Part shown: positions 55,755 to 64,000 of the stretch, piece by piece
Layout: the number at the start of each line of letters is the position of its first letter
How positions within the stretch are numbered: position 1 is the stretch's first letter
From: Octopus vulgaris
Lineage: Eukaryota
Direction: 5' to 3'
Assembly: GCA_951406725.2 (NCBI GenBank)
Contig: OX597827.1
Location: 12,958,001-13,022,000, forward strand
Length of the DNA stretch: 64,000 nt
Made by a program: the position numbers and the translations under genes
The notes under the pieces: generated by a model
The model's database searches: none
The model's input: only the letters and a program-made list of their open reading frames with translations
Told to the model about the DNA's origin: nothing

Positions 55755-56157
55755 TATTTCTTTATTACCCACAAGAGGCTAAACACAGAGGGGACAAACA
55801 AGGACAGACATAGGTATTAAGTCGATTACATTGACCCCAGTGCGTAACTGGTACTTAATTTATCGACCCCGAAAGGATGAAAGGCAAAGTCGACCTCAGC
55901 GGAATTTGAACTCACAACGTTGCGTCAGACGAAATACCTATTTCTTTATTACCCACAAGGGGCTAAACACAGAGGGGACAAACAAGGACAGACATATGTA
56001 TTAAGTCGATTACATCGACCCCAGTGCGTAACTGGTACTTAATTTATCGACCCTGAAAGGATGAAAGGCAAAGTCAATCTCGGCGGAATTTGAACTCACA
56101 ACGTAAGGCAGACGAAATACCACTAAGCATTTCACCCGGCGTGCTAACGTTTCTGCC
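55755..56157 (-). mobile_element. SINE family B dimer with 11-bp TSD
   Basis: aaagtaatacc at 55744-55754 and 56158-56168. Confidence 0.9.
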
Positions 56158-56417
56158 AAAGTAATACCAACTAACCAAGAAAGGAAAGAGGAAGAAGATA
56201 ATTACTAAACACGGAAGTTGCTGTGAGAACCATGAAACTGTTGTATGAAGTGAAGAGAGAATACTATCAGTGGTTAGTGTGATGCCACAAAAGTTACTGA
56301 AACAATAGTAGAATTCAAGAGCAGAAGGAAGAATAAGAGAGCAAGCAGATGGAAAGAAATGGAATTACAGGTACATGTGTATTTGTGTGTGTGCACATTT
56401 GGGTCTGTATATACATA

Positions 56418-56449
<32 letters not shown>

Positions 56450-56841
56450 AAGGGAAAGTTTACGAAAATATATGTGTGCGTTTGTGTGTGTGTTTGTCCC
56501 CCTAGCATTGCTTGACAACTGATGCTGGTGTGTTTATGTCCCTGTTACTTAGCGGTTCGGCAAAGAGGACCGAAAAAGTACTGGGCTTACAACGATAGAA
56601 TAAGTACTGGGCTTACAAAAGAATAAGTCCCAGAGAGTTGAGGGAAGTTTGGCGAAAATATATGTGTGCGTTTGTGTGTGTGTTTGTCCCCCTAGCATTG
56701 CTTAATGCTGGTGTGTTTATGGCTTAGCGGTTCGGCAAAGAGTTCGATAGAATAAGTACCTGGGCTTACAGTCATAATGACTGAATTAAATCCAACATAG
56801 CCAAGTCAAATGACTTGAATCAAGTAAAGAGTAAAATATAG

Positions 56842-56882
<41 letters not shown>

Positions 56883-57431
56883 TTATATATATATACATAT
56901 ATATATATATTTATAGGGGGGAATTCATGAAAAAAACAAAAGACGAAGACAGGTGGTGTATATATATATACAGACATATATGCATATATTATATTTCCTA
57001 TTATTATATTATTATATATTTCCTACATATTATAGTGCCTCTTTGAAATATGTACATTGCTGAAAGTCTGCTTGTCTGCTAAAGTGTGACATTTGTCTTG
57101 AGATAGTATCACTTATAGACATGTAGTGATAAAAGTCACAGAAATACATGAGAAGTAAACAAAAGTCACCTAGCTGCAGTAGTGACATTGATGAATGCAT
57201 CTTTAGACTTTGTCAATACCAAGTATCCACTAACAATACCATGTTAAGATTAAATTCAGTGTCTATTGATATAGAAAGGCAGTGATTGGAAAAAAAATCA
57301 TTGATTTTGCAATTAGTATACCTATTTAACAATGACTGTTAGAAGAAAGAATACTCAGTACGATAGGAGAGATAAATTATATTTTTACTTCAGTTGAATC
57401 AGTCAATTGATACTCTGAGTTTTGCCTGTGG

Positions 57432-57896
57432 GTGCAGAGGGCCTTCGGGCAAGCTCTAACTTGGTCACATCATGGTCTCAAAAATTTGTCCTACGAAGAA
57501 AGGCTGAGGACGCTCGACCTTTATTCTCTTGAAAAACGCCGCCGCCGTGGTGATCTCATTCTCGCCCACAACATCATAAGCGGAAAGTGTAACCTCTCAA
57601 AAGAGCTATTCTTCACTCCTGCTCCAGAGTGTCGGCTGCGGGGTCATTCCGAAAAGCTCTACCTGCGACGATTTCATATCAATCGAAGGAGAGGAGCTTT
57701 CTCCGTCCGGGTTGCGGAACAAGCTGCCAGACGAGATGGTGAAGATGCCGACGACCGCTTTGTTCAAAGCCTCCCTGGACCTCAAGTGGCCTGAACTCTT
57801 TACATGAACACCACCCTGTACTTAACTCCATGTCTCCCTACATGGCCTTGCTATAATGCTTTTGAGCCAAATTAACTAACTAACTAACTAACTAAC
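57432..57896 (+). mobile_element. CR1-clade LINE 3' end, second subfamily, (CTAA)n tail
   Basis: GLKNLSYEERLRTLDLYSLEKRRRRGDLI...LRGH...FSVRV. Confidence 0.9.
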
Positions 57897-57942
57897 AGGT
57901 GAAACATGGAGTAGCAAGAGATAAACTCAACCAATATATATA

Positions 57943-58135
57943 TTGTCCTTGCCTTCGAAACGTGGAGTAGATGAAACAGGGACAACTGAAGAAGAGCAAT
58001 ACTCTTTATGTTGCATGTCTCGTTTCTCTGTTTGTTCTTTTCGTTGTTCGAAAAAAAGTTCGCTTCTATGTTTTTGTTTTTATGTTTTCGTTTCTTATTG
58101 TGTTCAACATTTCTTTGATGTCCTGTACCCATATA
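57943..58135 (+). mobile_element. TA-anchored repeat (family of 23685-23865)
   Basis: ccttcgaaacg...ctgaagaagag...gtcctgtacccatata. Confidence 0.65.
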
Positions 58136-58167
58136 TGCATGTATATATATATATATATATACATATA

Positions 58168-58450
58168 TACTTAATAATTAGGGTTCAACAAATATTTGCT
58201 TTACCACATACCGAAGTTTAGAAATAGCAGCCAAAAAACCTTAGCTTCTACTTTAAAAGTAGAAGAAATAGCTAAGGTTTTTTGGCTGCTATTTCTAAAC
58301 TGTGGTATGTGGTAAAGCAAATCTTTGCTGAACCCTAATTATTAAGTATTACTTAAGTTTACCGTGAAACGGTCCTTTTTTCATGCCGAATTCTACTTGG
58401 TGAAATTATTGATTACTTCTTAATTAATTAATTTTACCCTTTGTTATTAT
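58168..58450 (+). mobile_element. (TA)n-embedded palindrome (58168-58349) plus tail; family of 40768-41185
   Basis: tacttaataattagggttca.../...tgaaccctaattattaagta arms, then shared tail. Confidence 0.8.
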
Positions 58451-58629
58451 TGATATATACATATATATGTAGGTATGTACATATATGTATGTATATATGC
58501 ATATATTTATATATTATTTATATTATATATATATATATATATAATAACAATTTAATAAATAAAACATATGCATACATACATATATGTACATACCTACATC
58601 TATATGTATATATGTATATATACATGCAT

Positions 58630-58815
58630 ATATGGGTACAGGACAGCACAAAAAAATGTAGAACACAACAAGAAACGAAAGCATAAAAACAAAACATGGA
58701 AATGGACTTATTTTAACAACGAAAAAACAGAGTACAAGACAAGCAACACAAGGAACATTCCCCTTCCTCAGCTGCCCCTGGTTCGACTTATTGCATGTTT
58801 CGAAGGTAAGGGCAG
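58630..58815 (-). mobile_element. TA-anchored repeat (family of 23685-23865)
   Basis: High similarity to 23685-23865. Confidence 0.7.
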
Positions 58816-58900
58816 AGATAGATAGATAGAGAAAGAGATAGATAGATAGATAGACAGACAGACTGACAGATAAATAAAAAGGAAGAAATGATTATGAGAA

Positions 58901-59067
58901 TAGGTGCAGGAGTGGCTGCGTGGTAAGTAGCTTTCTAACCGACCACATGGTTCCGGGTTCAGTCCCACTGCGTGGCATCTTGGGCAAGTGTCTTCTGCTA
59001 TAGCCCCGGGCCGACCAAAGACTTGTGAGTGGATTTGGTAGACGGAAACTGAAAGAAGCCTGTCGTA

Positions 59068-59110
<43 letters not shown>

Positions 59111-59343
59111 ATGTGTTTGTGTGTCTGTGTTTGTCCCCCTAGCATTGCTTGACAACCGATGCTGGTGTGTTTACGTCCCCGTCACTTAGTGGTTCGGCAA
59201 AAGAGACCGATAGAATATGTACTGGGCTTACAAAGAATAAGTCCCGGGGTCGATTTGCTCGACTAAAGGCGGTGCTCCAGCATGGCCGCAGTCAAATGAC
59301 TGAAATAAGTAAGAGTAAAAGTAAAAAAGTAAAAAAGTAAAGA
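58901..59343 (+). mobile_element. SINE family A
   Basis: Family homology. Confidence 0.9.
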
Positions 59344-60054
59344 ATGTATGTATGTTTGCACATTCTGAATTTACTACTGAAATGTCGAAGAAGTAAGTTC
59401 TCAGCTAAAGCTAATTTTTTTTTCTTTCCAGCAAACAAAATAACACAGTAAACCATTCTGAAAAACATGGACATCTACACAGCAAAGAATTCCTCTCCTA
59501 TTCCATGGTCAGCTTTATGTTTCTTTGTTGAGTGTTTGAAAGAAGGGCAACATTAAAGTTAGTTTTCAGAATACAAGAAACACAAGAAAGAGAATTTCTT
59601 TGGCAATCATGTTTGTAAAAGATTCAATAAATTCTTCTTCTTTACTTTCAGCTTTTTAACTTCATTCTTTGTTTTCCTTCTCTTTCTTCTTTTTCTTCAT
59701 ATTTAGATGCATTTTTTCTTTTTTTTTTTTTGCAATCCGACTTTGTTTTCACCAGTTTTCTCATTCCAAATCAAAAGATTTTCTTGGTTTAAGCCACAAC
59801 AGCCCAAACTAGCAAAACAAACTCATTGAAGAGGGTAGAGTGTCTGGTAATTTATTAAAAAAATTGCATAGTAAATGGAGGTGCCCCTGCATGGCCACAG
59901 CCTTTGGGCTGGAACACATAAAGAAACATATATATATAGTATATGATATATATGTGTGTGTGTGTGTGTATATGCATACACACATAGACACACATCCATA
60001 AAAGGTCTTCAACAGTTTACAAGCATTATTGTTATGTGTAAATTATGTGTCTGT

Positions 60055-60168
<114 letters not shown>

Positions 60169-60230
60169 GTTTAAATATTTGTTGTGCAAGATTTATTGGC
60201 TAAACTGGCAATATGACCATTCCGAAATAT

Positions 60231-60269
<39 letters not shown>

Positions 60270-60380
60270 GGTGCCCCAGCATGGCCACAGCTCGTGAGCT
60301 GAAACTAGATAAAATAAAATAAAATAAAATAAATATATATATATACTTATATACTTATATACATATTTATATATATAGAG

Positions 60381-60426
<46 letters not shown>

Positions 60427-60439
60427 ACGTATATATACA

Positions 60440-60620
60440 TAATATAAGCGGGGCCAGCCATCTGAATGTGGCTAGGGACAGGGCGGGGTGGTGGGGGTGT
60501 TACTGATGCATTTCAGTAACACCCCCACCACCGCCCTGTCCCTAGCCACATTCAGATGGTTGGCCCGCTTATATTACAGAGCAGTTACTGTTTATACCTC
60601 GCTTAGAGATTTATTATTAT
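60440..60620 (+). mobile_element. Short palindrome (60440-60576) plus tail in (TA)n; diverged relative of 40269-40762
   Basis: Shared agccatct.aat.tggcta, gggtgttactg and tail gagcagttactgttta..ctcg...aga.atttatt. Confidence 0.8.
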
Positions 60621-60734
60621 ATATACATATTTATATATATATATATATATATATACTTATATACATATTTATATATTTATAGATATATACATATATATAA
60701 CATATATATATATGTATATGTATATATACATATT

Positions 60735-60773
<39 letters not shown>

Positions 60774-60956
60774 ACATATATATATTCATGCAAATACATG
60801 TATGTGTGTGTTTATAATAAGAAAATAAGTACAAAATATTTTGCATGTATACTTTATTCATCAATTCAAAACTGAGACTATGGTGGGTTTCCTGGTTTTT
60901 TTTTTGCACATAATGGATAATTGCAGATTCTGTATTAATCAATTCTGTACACACCT

Positions 60957-60990
<34 letters not shown>

Positions 60991-61591
60991 ACACACACGT
61001 ACACATGCACATGTCCATGCATACACACATACCTGTACACATGCACATGCACACACACACAGATGCATACATATGCACACACACACATATTTACAAATGA
61101 AGATTAGCACTCAATACATGGTGTACAGTTAAAACGTGTTGACCATCAGTTAGTGATTCACTCTTTTTTTATTCTGAGCCTCAACACTCATAACGTGTAT
61201 ACATATTTGTGATCAATCAGTTAAAATATTGGTTCCAAAGTTTCACACAAGGCCAGAAATTTCAGGCAATGGAGTAAGCTGAGTACATCAACCTCAATAC
61301 TCAGTACTCAACTGGTACTCTTTTCACCAACCCCAAAAGGATGCAAGGCAAATTCAACCCTTGCAGAATTTGAACTCAGAACGTAAAGACAGGCGCAGGA
61401 GTGGCTGTGTGGTAAGTAGCTTGCTTACAATCCACATGGTTCCGACTTATTGGCCAGACCTCATATTCTGAATAAAACTGTCTACATGTCATTAAGCAGG
61501 CTAATTTTCATTGTGTCATACTACAGGTTCAATACGTAGCTAGCTAGGCTACTCCAGTGAAAGAGTTAAAGTTTATGAGAGACTACATTCT

Positions 61592-61990
61592 ATGTGCAGG
61601 CATGGCTGCATGGTGAAAGTTTGCTTCCCACCCACATAGTTTTAGATTCAGTCCCTCTATGTGACACCTTGGACAAATGTCTTCTACTATAGCCTTCAGC
61701 TGACCAAAACCTTGTGAGTGGATTTGATAGATAGAAGCTGAAAGAAGCCTGTCGTGTATTTATGTGTGTGTCTGTCTTTGTGTTTGTATTTGTCCACAAA
61801 TACTCCTTGATAACCGGTGTTGGTTTGGTTTACATCCCCGTAAGTTAGCAGTTCAGCAGAAGGAACACATTTAATACGTACCAGACTTTGAAAAAAAAAA
61901 ATTACTGGTGTTGATGCTTTCAACTAAACCCTTCAAAGCAGTGCCCTAGTACAGTCACAGTCTTATGACAGAAACAAGTATAAGATAAAG
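61592..61990 (+). mobile_element. Old SINE family A copy
   Basis: Diverged family homology. Confidence 0.75.
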
Positions 61991-62051
61991 ATAATTCAAA
62001 CATCTGCTAATATTTCTGCATGTATGTATGTATATATATATATATATATAA

Positions 62052-62138
<87 letters not shown>

Positions 62139-62902
62139 ATATGTATGTATATATATATATACCCATATACACAAACACACATGCATGCATATACACACAC
62201 ATATATATATAAACATACTAACTCTCATTCATTTTGGTAAAATGATTCCTTTTATTTTGTTACAGAATATATTGAATACAATCACTTCATTCTCTTTTCT
62301 TTCTTTCTTTTTTTTTTTTGTTTTCGGTGTTGTCTTTCTTTTACTCAAGAAGATTCCCAAGATAATTTGTACAGAGAAGTTTGTTTTGATTTGGCATCCT
62401 CCACCTTCTCTACTTTCACTTTCACTTTTACTTTTACAGATGATCATTAACATTGAATTTGTTACAGAGACAATAGCATCTGTTGTGTAAGATTTGAACT
62501 CTTGTTACATCTTCAAGAGATCACATTCTTCACATTTTGGTAAATTTTTCAGATCTTTTATTGGCAAGTCTTTTAATACATGTTACATCAGTAAACATCA
62601 CAGAACTGTATTTATAGTGGATGATGAATCAGGAATGGTTTCTTTTGTGGCTCAAAGACCTCAGAACTACTGTGCAGTTCTGTTTATCAGTTACTTTCAA
62701 TAAAGTTTCGGAATTTGAAGCTTGATATATGCTCTGTTTCTGCTTAAATGGTAAAAATAGCAATAAAAGTTGTGAGTATATATATATATATATACATTTA
62801 GTTCTGTATTTTACAGACATTTGCATTTGTTTTAATCTTCTCTACAAAATAACCAAATGCTTTTTCTGTTTAAATTGTCATTTTGCAGGTGTGTGTGAGT
62901 CT

Positions 62903-63026
62903 GTGTGTCTGTGTTTGAATATATGTATGTATGCACGTGCATGTATATGTACACAGGTATGTATAAAGTGGACTTTCCCATGATTATTTTTAAAAGCATA
63001 TGATGTTATTTTATCAATTATAATGA

Positions 63027-63059
<33 letters not shown>

Positions 63060-63184
63060 TGTGTTTGAGTATATGTATGTATGCACGTGCATGTGTATGT
63101 ACACAGGTATGTATAAAGTGGACTTCCCCATGATTATTTTTAAAAGCATATGATGTTATTTTATCAATTATAATGAATGTGTGT
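62903..63184. repeat. Tandem duplication of about 150 bp bounded by (TG)n
   Basis: 62903-63030 repeated at 63053-63180. Confidence 0.85.
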
Positions 63185-63198
63185 ATGTGTGTGCATGT

Positions 63199-63236
<38 letters not shown>

Positions 63237-64000
63237 CCTATAGAATGATAACCTAAATGATTTCAATATTCATTTAAAAATAATTATAGAAAAAAACCTT
63301 CTTCTCAATGTTCATTCTATTTCCATGTTAAATGTCTTGAAAAATAGGCAAAAATATGAATGGAAAGTCCTGTTTGGCTTCACTGTGAAATGAATGTAGA
63401 TGATTTGAATGTATCACAAATGTTTAATTACATATGGATGATGGGTGTTGTAGAAATACGAGAGAAAGTAAGAGCCACTTTTAATGCATTAGAATATTTA
63501 GTTTTCTCCTTCTTGTGCTCAATTCTCTTTGTGGCGGTTTATTTCCTATTTTTCTGATGATTAAAAATAAGTACCAGCAACATACTGAAAACAGTTGAAT
63601 TTGTAATAATTTTTCCCCCCTGTAAATAAAAATTGGGTTTACAGTTTTTCTTTCATCAAGGAAAGTCAATATCTGTAGTAAAATGACAAAATCCACTCAA
63701 AAATGTAAATTCCCTTTTAGTCATTTACCTTAAAGAAAATTTTCTTTAAAACAAGTCATTTTTAAGGAAGATTTTTTTTTTTTTTTAGATTTCTTTGTTG
63801 TCAAAACATCATTGCTTTCAGTACGGTCCTCATTTAATCAATATTTATGATTCAAACAATTTATCTTTATATTTCATATTCATTAAATGATTTATGTTGA
63901 TTCGTGTTCCTAGAAAAGGCTGGAAAATGTCTATGAAGAAAATATTCTGTTTCACTTCTGAGCATCAGTCATTGACAGGAAGGTTTTTGTCCAAATTATA

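Noticed and set aside
56450-56835. Duplicated, indel-riddled SINE A segment
   Set aside because: The pattern of many small deletions looks like low-quality consensus or local decay, not a distinct element
62229-62703. Short ORFs in unique sequence near the window end
   Set aside because: Low complexity, no motifs and no consistent splice signals

Overview
AT-rich, microsatellite-saturated animal DNA, most likely an Octopus (cephalopod) intergenic or intronic region; the taxon is inferred from the SINE families and repeat style. No protein-coding host gene can be supported: nearly all listed ORFs are read-throughs of (TA)n/(CA)n/(CAT)n/(GAA)n repeats or SINEs, and the only protein-like ORFs are truncated LINE fragments (CR1, RTE, R4/Dong, probably Tx1). 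The window also holds at least four SINE families and piggyBac- and hAT-type MITEs. The main unannotated signal is a set of small non-coding elements embedded in (TA)n tracts that carry type I hammerhead ribozyme (HHR) folds with palindromic helix III. Two have fully intact cores: 23296-23386 (+) and 48529-48600 (-). The latter sits in a 397-bp unit with a 50-bp terminal redundancy, as expected of a retrozyme. Several others form 'inverted duplication + 3' tail' palindromes, as Penelope-like elements do. All folds were derived by eye; repeat boundaries are approximate and self-cleavage is untested.
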